Under the pieces are notes generated by a model. The model was not told the origin of the DNA. It did no database searches and was given only the letters and a program-made list of their open reading frames with translations. Shown here in pieces: positions 36,701-48,400 of a stretch of 64,000 nucleotides of DNA. The DNA is from Macrostomum lignano (lineage: Eukaryota): assembly GCA_002269645.1 (NCBI GenBank), contig NIVC01000875.1, positions 124,001 through 188,000 on the forward strand, read 5' to 3'. Positions within the stretch are counted from its first letter, which is position 1, and each line of letters starts with the position of its first letter. A program made the position numbers and the translations under genes.

Positions 36701-38443
36701 TCAAGAGTGTTGAAAAAGCAGACGGATGTCACTGAACGACAAATAGAGAGAGGATCAACTATTCGAGAATTTCAAGAAGGAGACTCAGTTCTGACGTTTG
36801 GCTTCAGAAGGGAGCGAGAGAACAGGTGGATTTCTGCCAAGGTGATCACCCGCACAGGACCGCTGTCCTATAGACTGTTGGTCAACGGACAAGTCTGGAA
36901 GCGACACGTCGACCAAATTGTCAGTGCAGAATTACCTGGACAGAACAAGCCGGAGGCTCATCACCTACCGCCTATTCTGAAGGATCCTAGGAGAGTTCAG
37001 AGCGACAAAACTACCACCGAGAAAGAGCGGCGAGAGAGTGAATTAACTCAACCGGTCCAAGACGTGCCAAGCAGAGGAGAATCTCAGGCAGCGGACACAG
37101 ACCAGGATGACGCTGACCCTGGAGCAGAAGGCGTGGGCACACGGATACTGAGGGATCGAAGCAAATTGAGAAAACCGGATTTGTTGCAATACAGTGAATG
37201 ATTCCGGATAACTGACAATGCAACTTTTTATTGACAAAAGGGGGAATGTTGTATATTAGCAGAGAAAACACAGAGTACGCCTCCCAGCCCAATGTTTTGT
37301 TGTCTAGGGCACAACCTATTATTTTAAATTAAAGAAGTTACAAGATGAATCCCAAGAGGAGTTGGTATCAACCGGAGCAATACGATAGCTCGAACCGCTT
37401 AAGCGAACCATTGCCGTCTTACTTAAATGTAGCAGTTCCACGTCGGAGCAGAAGACATAACACTACAGCTTCCATTCTCGACTGAGATCAACCCGCACTC
37501 CATTGGCTGGGAGGCAGCCAGCCAATCGCAGCTCTCGCCCATCAAGCAGTCAAACAGAGACAAGCTCAGCTGACTGGCTCTGATTGGCTGGCCTGAGACT
37601 GCAGCTCTGGCCACCCCAGCCGAATGCTGCAAAATTTGATGGACACAACAGCGATTGCTCACTCACCGCTCGATGTAGCTGGCCAGCTCTGAGTGGCCGC
37701 TGAGCCTCGCCAGGTCCGACGCCGTCTGACCCTCGCGATCCTTCAGTCCGAGCAGCCGCGACCTCTTCGAGTTTCCGTACTCAATGCAATCATTGAACCT
37801 CCATTGTCTGAGCAGGTGCAGCAGGTGCTTGGCGCATTTCCAGCTTCCAGTCCGCGCCGCCTCCATCAGCGGAGTGGCGCCGTTGTCGTTCTGCAGCCAC
37901 TTCTCATCGAACGACAGCAGCGTCAGCAGCCGCAGGTGGTCCCGCCGGGCTGCCAGGTGCGCAGCCGTGTCGCCGTTCGCGTCAGCCGCCGTGGGGTTTG
38001 CGCCCAGCTCAAATAAGTACAAGATGCACTTTTCAGTGTGCACGGGAGTCTCAGGAGCGTCGGCCACCAGCATGAGGACGGTCCGACGATCTGCATCAGC
38101 GCTGGTGACCAGCTGGCGCGTTGCCCGCTGCCACACCTGGCCAAAGTCACTTAGGATAACGTCGTTGGCGAGAGTCTGGAGATCGGCTGGTGAGTCTCCG
38201 ACGCTTGGCCGGTTGCTGAGGTCCGGCTGAGTGAGTTCCCGCAACTGCAATTGAGGCACCCAAGCTACTCATTCAAATATGTGAGTGAGTTCCTGCAACT
38301 GCAATTAAGCCTACAGATATTAAAATATGCCTCAATTTGCTTACCTAAAGTTTACTTACGTTTTCATCAGAAAAGAGAGATGGTAGCCCTAGTATTGCTT
38401 TTAAAACCCTGAAAAAAGAGCGTTTTTTCCATCGCTTTGCCAT
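24770..38443 (-). CDS. Gene B: ankyrin-repeat plus triple MAP3K-like kinase protein, about 1266 aa, 11 coding exons
   Basis: Manual model: 38443-38360 (MAKRWKKRSFFRVLKAILGLPSLFSDEN|gtaagt), 38244-37667, 31427-31373, 31299-30815, 28992-28951 (micro-exon), 28329-27966, 27888-27401, 27014-26660, 26582-26095, 25708-25354, 25276-24770. All junctions are GT-AG with phases as in gene A. Total 3801 nt, open. Confidence 0.7.
24985..28130 (-). repeat. 1306-bp-period tandem duplication inside gene B (kinase unit)
   Basis: Every exon boundary shifts by exactly 1306 (e.g. 27966/26660/25354 and 27888/26582/25276). The copies read identical wherever I compared them. Confidence 0.9.
28372..28935 (-). repeat. 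CACAGCTACAG satellite in the pre-effector intron of gene B
   Basis: TGTAGCTGTGTG(TG)C units on the plus strand. Confidence 0.95.
31643..32832 (+). mobile_element. About 1.2-kb insertion in intron 2 of gene B, Crypton-like relic with hairpins
   Basis: Absent from the paralogous introns (6765-6790 and 50140-50160). Flanked by ACAAT at 31638-42 and 32833-37. Hairpins CCACAAT-ATAG-ATTGTGG and ACGAGG-CGCGAAG-CCTCGT lie near the left end. An imperfect inverted repeat pairs TGTAGCCAATCTAAGCCTGCC with GGCAGGCTTAGGACTGCTACA. ORF 31947-32306 (LFRELTEEEE..EQESKRKSTIKQTELHIRK) resembles the N-terminus of Crypton-type proteins. Confidence 0.5.
32494..32717. mobile_element. 224-bp MITE (~95-bp TIRs, TA TSD) nested in the Crypton-like insertion
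   Basis: TA|CACCTTTCACGTTCAATTTTGAACAAAG...CTTTGTTCAAAATTGAACGTGAAAAGGTG|TA. Confidence 0.75.
32923..37462 (+). mobile_element. Full-length but decayed Ty3/Gypsy (Mag/K02A2.6-like) LTR retrotransposon in intron 2 of gene B
   Basis: 216-bp TG...CA LTRs at 32923-33138 and 37247-37462 (10 mismatches by my count). PBS TGGCGACGAG at 33140-49. PPT AAAAGGGGGAA at 37236-46. 5-bp TSD CTACA at 32918-22 and 37463-67. The empty site is visible in paralogous introns (~50235 and ~6675). Confidence 0.95.
33139..37201 (+). pseudogene. gag-pol of the Gypsy element (2 CCHC knuckles, protease DTGA, RT YIDD, RNase H, integrase), disrupted
   Basis: In-frame TAA at 33445-47, a frameshift near 34265-34290, TGA at 34875-77 and a further frameshift before 34919. 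The integrase zinc motif has CxxC changed to CEGF. Confidence 0.9.
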
Positions 38444-39140
38444 GACTGCAAGCTCAGTCCGTCAGTCGCAGGTGTCTCAGCTCAGCCCGAGAGTCCGGCA
38501 GGGCAGCGGCCGCCTTTGCAGCAGATTTTATTGGCCCTGGAGCAGCTGCAGCGAATTCCTTCTCACCCTGCCTGCTCAGATTGCGGCTGCTTTTGCTGGC
38601 TTGTGCGGCCGCCTCTGCCCAGCTTTCTGCCTCTCCCATTGGCTCTGAGGGAACAGCAGAACTGCTGCAATGTCAGTGCGTGCCTACTTGAAGCAGTCAG
38701 TGTGCGACTGTGGATTTTTCGTTAAACTGGTACAAAAAAATTCCAAACATGAATAATAAACTCCATTTATCGATCGGGAATTTTGAATTGGTAGATACTT
38801 TGCTGCGGTGAAGCAGATCAGTGCAAACATAAACAGCTTGAGTACATTATTGTCCATTAAGTGTTCTGCTCAGACTCAACTGCAACACTCGGACTGCTAC
38901 TCAACAGTAGTCAGTGAGTGCTTTCACAAGCTCACAGCTGTTACTCAAGCTCAAAATTTCTCACTGACAAAAAGAGCTGCAAGTCGCAACTGCACTGCCT
39001 GGAAACTTCACGAGTTTGAAAATCTGATATCTCAAGGCTGCTGCTTGGTGAGGGTGTGAAAGCTGTTTGTTGTAAAATGATTCTTTTACATTTTCAGGCA
39101 GAAATGGCATTGAGGCTCTTCTGAAGTCACACAGATTTTC

Positions 39141-39470
39141 TGACATAAAGATTGTCAGGGCTGCTGTGGGGCAGATTTGCTGACATAAAGATTGTCAGGG
39201 CTGCTGTGGGGCAGATTTGCTGACATTAAGATTGTCAGAGCTGCTGTGGGGCAGATTTGCTGACATAAAGATTGTCAGGGCTGCTGTGGGGCAGATTTGC
39301 TGACATAAAGATTGTCAGGGCTGCTGTGGGTCAAGCAGATTTGCTGAAATAAAGATTGTCAGGGCTGCTGTGGGGCAGATTTGCTGACATTAAGATTGTC
39401 AGAGCTGCTGTGGGGCAGATTTGCTGACATAAAGATTGTCAGGGCTGCTGTGGGGCAGATTTGCTGACAT
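39141..39470 (+). repeat. 40-bp tandem repeat x~8
   Basis: TGACATAAAGATTGTCAGGGCTGCTGTGGGGCAGATTTGC with period 40. Confidence 0.9.
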
Positions 39471-39796
39471 TTGCTGATATACTCATATTAAATTAATGCA
39501 AATTAGAAAGTTGAGATCCGGAGCAGCTCGTGGTCCTGACAAATCCCTAATATTATCCTAAAGCTTGGGCTTAGCCCGACTCCATCAAGATTATGACATT
39601 GCTTTTTGATAATTGCAAAACGTTTAAATAAAAAAATGGATATTAAAAATTCACATATAAGCGTAACAATAAAATGAAATGAAATGGAAATGAGCAGTTT
39701 ACGTGTATTTTGATCCCATAGTGCTCACAGATACAGTTCCCTCCACAACAATTTAAATAATATTCATAATAGTAAAAGTAGCAGGTTAATAATTTT

Positions 39797-40575
39797 TCTC
39801 AGCGATCTCAGTGAACAGAGACTGGATAATCTCAGTGAACAGAGACTGGATAATTTCAGTGAACAGAGACTGGATAATCTCAGTGAACAGAGACTGGATA
39901 ATCTCAGTGAACAGAGACTGGATAATCTCAGTGAACAGAGACTGGATAATCTCAGTGAATAGAGACTGGATAATCTCAGTGAACAGAGACTGGATAATCT
40001 CAGTGAATAGAGACTGGATAATCTCAGTGAACAGAGACCGGATAATCTCAGTGAATAGAGACTGGATAATCTCAGTGAACAGAGACTGGATAATCTCAGT
40101 GAATAGAGACTGGATAATCTCAGTGAACAGAGACTGGATAATCTCAGTGAACAGAGACTGGATAATCTCAGTGAATAGAGACTGGATAATCTCAGTGAAT
40201 AGAGACTGGATAATTTCAGTGAACAGAGACTGGATAATCTCAGTGAACAGAGACTGGATAATCTCAGTGAATAGAGACCGGATAATCTCAGTGAATAGAG
40301 ACTGGATAATCTCAGTGAACAGAGACTGGATAATCTCAGTGAACAGAGACTGGATAATCTCAGTGAACAGAGACTGGATAATCTCAGTGAACAGAGACTG
40401 GATAATCTCAGTGAATAGAGACTGGATAATCTCAGTGAATAGAGACTGGATAATTTCAGTGAACAGAGACTGGATAATCTCAGTGAACAGAGACTGGATA
40501 ATCTCAGTGAATAGAGACAGGATAATCTCAGTGAATAGAGACTGGATAATCTCAGTGAACAGTGATTGGATAATC
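39797..40575 (+). repeat. 24-bp minisatellite (TCTCAGTGAACAGAGACTGGATAA) x~32
   Basis: Direct reading. Confidence 0.95.
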
Positions 40576-42859
40576 TTAGTGACGTGTCTCTCTTGTTGTT
40601 GATGGGGTGGTTCGGCAGGTTTTGATATCCCACCGCTGCCACCAGTGACGTGCTTTAAAAATCTGGGGTTGCTCGGATCTGGGCCTGAAGATCTTGGTAT
40701 CCCACCGCTATCACCAGTGAAGTGTCTCGGTATCTGGCTGCTAGGGTGAGGCGGACTGCTATTGGCCGAGGCAACCTTAGCAAGCACGCTTATGGGGACT
40801 GAGACTGGGGAGAAATCTAAAATTAAGGGTAGTGCTGCCACCAGCGTGGGAACCGTAGGATCCGCAATGAAGGGGTCTGTTTGGGCTCCACGCAAATAAA
40901 TAACGCTAGAACAACTAGTCTCAGATATTTCAATGTCCAAGTGACAGGACTCAATGGTAGCAAATGGCCTGAGCGGCGCAGTCCTGGCACTGACAATTGT
41001 CCGCGCTTGAGCGTGTCTGAGTTTAGCTCTCAGAGGACCCCTAACGCCTACCAACCTAATAGTTACGTCTCGCGCAGATGGGCGGCGAGGAATAGGTCTA
41101 TGCGCCTGAAGCAGCAATAGACTCTAGGCCTATAACTAACAACTATTCTTAGAATCGCGCACGAGTGCTGCGACTGCACAATCACTCTCACTCTTATTCG
41201 CGCCTGTGTCGCGAATAGACACTAGCAGAATGGCTTTAGCTAACTGATTTCCTGCCAATAGGGTAGGCTGGAAAATCAGAGCTATAGCACTAGCAATGCT
41301 CTACCAAGACCTGCTCAGGAGCGTGCTTTCTGCTTGAGCGCTGCAATGCTCTACCAAGACCTGCTCAGGAGCTTGCAGCTGCTTAGCGATGCTTATAGCT
41401 CTACCAAGACCTGCTCAGGAGCTTTGCTTCGCTGTTAACCGGCGCTAGAGCGCTAGACTTGGAGAAAGCTCTCGACAAGTCCTCACGAGGCGGTTAAAAC
41501 GGTTCTGAGGAAAAATTCAGACAAGCGGGCCTGCATTCGTTAATATAGAACGCGGAGGGTGGAGCGTTTGGGCATTCCGCGGCTTGACCATGGAACTGCA
41601 GCCCGAAAAGTGCGGATAATGATGCACAACAGATATTGATTAAACATGGGGGGAGAAAGTAGCTTGTACGAAGCGCCGACAGTCGCCTCCAGCCACCAGT
41701 GACAATAGCATGCCAAATTTGGGCTTGTGCGCACAAGGCAGCACGTGAGGGGGGGGGTTCAGCTCGGGACACGGGGTCCGCGAAACCCTCAGTCTAAAAA
41801 TAGAATGACGCATGGGGAGAGGCTCGGACGCAGGAGGAACGAGAGAGCAGAAGGGGAAGGGTCCAGAGAGCGCACGGGGGAGGAGTGCGGCTAACTAGAC
41901 TTGCGTACACTGAGCGATTGTACGCGGCAGGCCAGGCAACAACAGTACAGGCAAGCGCCAAATTTGGCGGCTTCCACTAACTAACCCTAGGCTAGGCAAA
42001 ACTTCCTAATTTCCTATGTTAAAGATTGCGCCATATTGTGCAACTTCTGAGCGCCAAGGAGGGCTGCTTAGAGTGCATGGAGGCAGCAGAAAAATTCCTA
42101 TTCCAGATACTAGCAGCGGACAACAGTGCCTAAGATGTGACTGCGGCCCTATGCTTGCAGCAGAAGGCTGCGGCCACATCATTAGTAAACATCGGCCTGT
42201 CCTTGAAATTATGAACAAAAAAATTTAGTTTGCAACATGCTACTTTTGTTCTTAAATGCAGCAGTAGTACCTGAAAAAATTATTAAATGTATGACATTGA
42301 TTCAGAAAAGAAATCGGCTGTTTTTCAGTGTAATACGATTTTGAAACGTCAATATGAGCTACCGAGATCTTGCAGACATGCACCGAAGGTGCACTGCAGT
42401 GAGGATGAGCACACTGCAGTAAAAATGAACACACTGCAGTGAGAATGAGCACACTGCAGTGAAAATGAGCACATTGCAGTGAGATTGAGCACACTGCAGT
42501 GAGAGCGAGCACACAGCAGTGTCTCACAGAAGTCAGACCGTAAACTAAACTAAGTGAGCTCCCGTGACACTCAGAAAGCTGCTGAAGCTGTGAAAGTGGC
42601 GGCAGAGCCCCGCTGTGCTGCAGCAGCAGGACCGCATGGCCTTCTGTCACTGCTGGCTGAGGAAGGCTTGGGTGCTGCTGGGGCTCAGGAAGCTACCTGG
42701 GGAGTCAAGTATAATGAATACTTGATGCAACCCGAACATAATTCTGAGCAAGGCTCTCTGCTCAGGTGTCTGCATTTGTGCCCTTAATTGCTGCAGACTG
42801 TTTATATAAAGCTGGACTCTTTGTTTCTCTGGAGGCCCACATGCCGGTATGTTGATGTG

Positions 42860-43245
42860 CCAGCAGCGGTGACTACTCAGTGTCCCCATGCAAATCGTGA
42901 GCTGTGATGTGCCAGCAGCACTGACTACTCAGTGTCCCCATGCAAATCGTGATGAGCTGTGATGTGTCAGCAGCACTGACTACTCAGTGTCCCCATGCAA
43001 ATCGTGATGAGCTGTGATGTGTCAGCAGCACTGACTACTCAGTGTCCCCATGCAAATCGTGATGAGCTGTGATGTGTCAGCAGCACTGACTACTCAGTGT
43101 CCCCATGCAAATCGTGATGAGCTGTGATGTGTCAGCAGCACTGACTACTCAGTGTCCCCATGCAAATCATGATGAGCTGTGATGTGTCAGCAGCACTGAC
43201 TACTCAGTGTCCCCATGCAAATCGTGATAAGCTGTGATGTGTCAG
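42860..43245 (+). repeat. 55-bp tandem repeat x~7
   Basis: GATGTGTCAGCAGCACTGACTACTCAGTGTCCCCATGCAAATCGTGATGAGCTGT with period 55. Confidence 0.9.
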
Positions 43246-44009
43246 TAGTATTAACGGTCGTGATATTTTAACCACTAGAAAATTATAATTCTGGCAATGG
43301 TCTGTGCACCCGAAACTACATCATGTCGAATTGAACCCCGCAGCCATCTGAGCCATGCTGCACAGCATGCATCTCGCCACCCAGACTCGCACAGAGCTTC
43401 ATCAGGAGCTTAAAGAGATTCCGATCAGACCCGATCTGCAGAGGCTGATGAGGCAGCAACGCTACAAGGCAGACCGCAGCGGCCCACCGGAAGAGCGAGT
43501 GGCGGTGCAGATGCGTGAAGCACCTGAGAGGCTGCACAGGATGCAGATGCAGAGTTGATGGTGTTTATGGTTCGCCCAGAGCCAGCTATGTAATCACAGT
43601 TCAGCTTAGCCATTGCTTCAGCATTAAAATACTGTAAACAGTTGCCATGGCTTATCTGACTGCATCTCTTACTGGCACAAGAGTTGTCCAGCCTGCACTG
43701 TGCTGCAATTCAGTCGTGGCTGCAGCTGATTAACTTTATGCCTGCAGCTTTGAGCTGAGGGTTCAGATCGAGTGGATGCAACAGGGACAGGGGATGGAGC
43801 TGTATTGGAGACCAGCCTCTGCTCTCCATCATGCAGTCTCGCACACCGAAATTAGAATTCTATATTTCTTGGGAGATTTCTGTAATTCCCAGCGTCTCTT
43901 CTGCATCAGTCCGCAACTTTGAGTCCTGTAGCTGCGTGACGAGAGCAAACCCCAGCTAAGTGTTGAGAATAATGAGTGCTTTGTTTCCGAATATCTGAAT
44001 TGCAGTTTT

Positions 44010-44400
44010 GCATTGCTGCTCAGTGAGCTCAGTGAGATGGCATCAGCAGGAACTGGAGTATCTGAGTAAATAAACAGTCCAACACATGCATTGCTGCTCA
44101 GTGAGCTCAGTGAGATGGCATCAGCAGGAACTGGAGTATCTGAGTAAATAAACAGCCCAACACATGCATTGCTGCTCAGTGAGCTCAGTGAGATGGCATC
44201 AGCAGGAACTGGAGTATCTGAGTAAATAAACAGTCCAACACATGCATTGCTGCTCAGTGAGCTCAGTGAGATGGCATCAGCGGGAACTGCAGTATCTGAG
44301 TAAATAAACAGTCCAACACATGCATTGCTGCTCAGTGAGCTCAGTGAGATGGCATCAGCGGGAACTGCAGTATCTGAGTAAATAAACAGTCCAACACATA
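44010..44400 (+). repeat. 78-bp tandem repeat x~5
   Basis: GCATTGCTGCTCAGTGAGC recurs at 44010, 44088 and onward. Confidence 0.9.
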
Positions 44401-45299
44401 CATTGCGGGTTACAAATTCAGCTCTGAGAAGAAAACTGGAAATTCGAACCAACAAGAAGGCAAAAGAAAAAACTGTTAGAGCAAGCACAGAGACGGAGGT
44501 GCAGTGAGAGGGCAGGCAGGGTGCTCAAGCAGAATACAATTGCTCCATTGTGCAAGGACTGGGGTTGCAACTCAATCGGGAGTAAGCCCTGCTCTCTCTG
44601 CAGCTGCTGTTTCAGCATCTCACTCTCTCCCACCCAAATTCACCTAATTTTTAATTAGCAGTTGAGTTAAACAAACACGGCAGCCACTCAGTGCTGAGAG
44701 TCGGGCAGTTCCGGTATGCTAAAGAGTCACACATGAGTATTTTTGAGTAATTCGTCGCAAAGCTCACAAAATAGCGACAGCAGCTGATTTCAAATAGCAA
44801 AGAGCTTGAGTACAGATTGGCATTTGAGCAGCTTGAGGGAAGGCAAGAGAGTAAAGGAGCGATGGGGAAGAGAAAACGCCTGCGGTGCAGATAAACAAGT
44901 TGGCGCTTGAAATGAGAAAAGTTCATGGGTGCATCTGGCAATTGGGAATTGAAGCAAACACAGCCTGTGTGTGCGGGAAATTCATAAAACAGTTCGGGGA
45001 TAAATATTGTGAAAATAGTGTCGAGACAATATTTGGAAATTTGAGCAAATTTTGATTGAAATATGAGCATACCGTAGTTAAATTAACAATTTTTTGTTTC
45101 TACATATCTTCCGAACTGTCTGAAATTTCCAGTCTGCTATAAAATCTTTAACATAAAATTTTTGGCGATTGTTTTAACGTCAATAAAATATGTAGCCTTT
45201 AGAAATCGGAATTAGCGGATAAAGTAAAAGCAGCCAGTAACAGATAATACCATACTTCACTGCCTGTCCGTCTGTATTAGTATCTTGGTGTTTGTCTGT

Positions 45300-45311
45300 C
45301 TTACGAGCTAG

Positions 45312-45344
<33 letters not shown>

Positions 45345-45360
45345 TAGTGTCTGTCCGTCC

Positions 45361-45448
<88 letters not shown>

Positions 45449-45450
45449 GC
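45300..45450 (+). repeat. (GTCT)n microsatellite just downstream of the caspase stop
   Basis: Direct reading. Confidence 0.95.
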
Positions 45451-45455
45451 CAGCC

Positions 45456-48400
45456 TCAGTTCTGGCCAGTCGCGCCCTTTCGCAGCCTCCTCCGTTTTGT
45501 CATCGTTTTGTCCTCCACCGGTTTCTCCATCATGTCGCGGTTCACCCGGGTCATGATGTTCAGCAGGTCGTCCTCCCTATAGTGCCGCTCGATCATCCGG
45601 CACAGGGTTTGCACGAACTTGGACCCGGTCTCAGGAAACCTGTAGGAGACCTGGTTCTCTGTGGTGGCGTAGCACAGCAGGAAGTCGGCTTTGGCCGGAG
45701 AGAAGGCCGGCAGGGGCTTCGGGACTTGCGGCTCGTTGAACTTCGTACTGCTGTCGTCTAGGGGTGCATCGTGATGCTGACCGCGGCAGGCCTGGATGAA
45801 AAATATCTTCGGCTTGCCGGCCAGACTCGGGCAGCAGCTCGACTGGAGGGAGGGAGAGTAGCGCTGAGAGTGGCGCTGGGAGCGAAGCTGAGAGTGGCGC
45901 TGAGAGTGGCGCTGGGAGTGGCGCTGAGAGTGGCGCTGGGAGTGGCGCTGAGAGTGGCGCTGGGAGTGGCGCTGAGAGTGGCGCTGAGAGTGGCGCTGGG
46001 AGTGGCGCTGAGAGTGGCGCTGAGAATGGCGTTGAGAGTAGAAATGAAAGTAGAGCGGAAAGTGGCGCTGAAAGTAGCGGAAAAATATTTACAACTTCTG
46101 CACCCACCTGAAATATTTTGGTGACATCAGGAATTTTGCATAGCCTTCCGTCGAAGCCGTACACGCCGTCCGGGCTGCCGTGTGCCATGAGAAAGCAGAC
46201 AAAGCAGCCGTGCCGCTCCAGCTGGTCTGAGCGCTGCAGCTCCCTCAGGCATTGGAGAATTCCATCGGCTGTGAGGTCCTCCTCCAACGTCACGGTGAAT
46301 CGCAGCTTTCCGAACACTTCCTTCACTCGCTCCACATCCCACTGTGAGCCTTCGCGATTCTCCAAGAGGCTGCTAGCTGAGTACTTGTACTTGTTGATGT
46401 TGATGATGACGCAGAAGCCTTGCGGGTCCTTCACTGGGTAGAAATCTTCATCAAGTCTGAAATGCCGCCAGAGTTTTTGCTGTGCTGTAGCTGTGTGTGC
46501 TGTAGCTGTGTGTGCTGTAGCTGTGTGTGCTGTAGCTGTGTGTGCTGTAGCTGTGTGTGCTGTAGCTGTGTGTGCTGTAGCTGTGTGTGCTGTAGCTGTG
46601 TGTGCTGTAGCTGTGTGTGCTGTAGCTGTGTGTGATGTTGCTGTGTGCTGTAGCGGTGTGTGATGTAGCTGTGTGCTGTAGCTGTGTGTGCTGTAGCTGT
46701 GTGTGCTGTAGCTGTGTGTGCTGTAGCTGTGTGTGCTGTAGCTGTGTGTGCTGTAGCTGTGTGTGCTGTAGCTGTGTGTGCTGTAGCTGTGTGTGATGTT
46801 GCTGTGTGCTGTAGCGGTGTGTGATGTAGCTGTGTGCTGTAGCGGTGTGTGCTGTAGCGGTGTGTGATGTAGCTGTGTGCTGTAGCTGTGTGTGCTGTAG
46901 CTGTGTGTGCTGTAGCTGTGTGTGCTGTAGCTGTGTGTGCTGTAGCTGTATGTGCTGTAGCTGTGTGTGCTGTAGCTGTGTGTGATGTTGCTGTGTGCTG
47001 TAGCGGTGTGTGATGTAGCTGTGTGCTGTAGCTGTGTGTGCTGTAGCTGTGTGTGCTGTAGCTGTGTGTGCTGTAGCTGTGTGTGCTGTAGCTGTATGTG
47101 CTGTAGCTGTGTGTGCTGTAGCTGTGTGTGATGTTGCTGTGTGCTGTAGCGGTGTGTGATGTAGCTGTGTGTGCTGTAGCTGTGTGTGCTGTAGCTGTAT
47201 GTGCTGTAGCTGTGTGTGCTGTAGCTGTGTGTGCTGTAGCTGTGTGTGATGTTGCTGTGTGCTGTAGCGGTGTGTGATGTAGCTGTGTGCTGTAGCGGTG
47301 TGTGATGTTGCTGTGTGCTGTAGCGGTGTGTGATGTAGCTGTGTGCTGTAGCTGTGTGTGCTGTAGCTGTGTGTGCTGTAGCTGTGTGTGCTGTAGCTGT
47401 GTGTGCTGTAGCTGTGTGTGCTGTAGCTGTATGTGCTGTAGCTGTGTGTGCTGTAGCTGTGTGTGATGTTGCTGTGTGCTGTAGCGGTGTGTGATGTAGC
47501 TGTGTGTGCTGTAGCTGTGTGTGCTGTAGCTGTGTGTGCTGTAGCTGTGTGTGCTGTAGCTGTGTGTGCTGTAGCTGTGTGTGATGTTGCTGTGTGTGCT
47601 GTAGCGGTGTGTGATGTAGCTGTGTGTGCTGTAGCTGTGTGCTGTAGCGGTGTGTGATGTAGCTGTGTGTGCTGTAGCTGTGAGTGATGTTGCTGTGTGT
47701 GCTGTAGCTGTGTGTGCTGTAGCTGTGTGTGCTGTAGCTGTGTGCTGTAGCGGTGTGTGATGTAGCTGTGTGTGCTGTAGCTGTGTGTGCTGTAGCTGTG
47801 TGTGATGTTGCTGTGTGCTGTAGCGGTGTGTGCTGTAGCGGTGTGTGATGTAGCTGTGTGCTGTAGCTGTGTGTGCTGTAGCTGTGTGTGCTGTAGCTGT
47901 GTGTGCTGTAGCTGTGAGTGATGTAGCTGTGTGATGTTGCTGTGTGTGCTGTAGCTGTGTGTGCTGTAGCTGTGTGCTGTAGCTGTGTGTGCTGTAGCTG
48001 TGTGTGCTGTAGCCGTGTGCTGTAGCTGTGAGTGATGTAGCTGTGTGATGTTGCTGTGTGTGCTGTAGCTGTGTGTGCTGTAGCTGTATGTGCTGTAGCT
48101 GTGTGTGCTGTAGCTGTGTGCTGTAGCTTTGTGTGATGTAGCTGTGTGCTGTAGCTGTGTGCTGTAGCTGTGTGCTGTAGCTGTGTGTGCTGTAGCTGTG
48201 TGTGCTGTAGCTGTGTGCTGTAGCTGTGTGCTGTAGCTGTGTGTGCTGTAGCTGTGTGTGCTGTAGCTGTGTGTGCTGTAGCTGTGTGTGCTGTAGCTGT
48301 GTGCTGTAGCTGTGTGTGCTGTAGCTGTGTGCTGTAGCTGTGTGCTGTAGCTGTGTGTGCTGTAGCTGTGTGTGCTGTAGCTGTGTGTGCTGTAGCTGTG

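Noticed and set aside
40600-41970. GC-rich minus-strand ORF start (41117) and a 25-bp triple repeat (41296-41420) as a retroelement 5' region
   Set aside because: I could not recognise any domain, LTR pair or TSD.
42554-43613. Short GC-rich ORFs (42554-42787, 43355-43558) as exons of another gene
   Set aside because: There is no recognisable domain and no consistent splice model.
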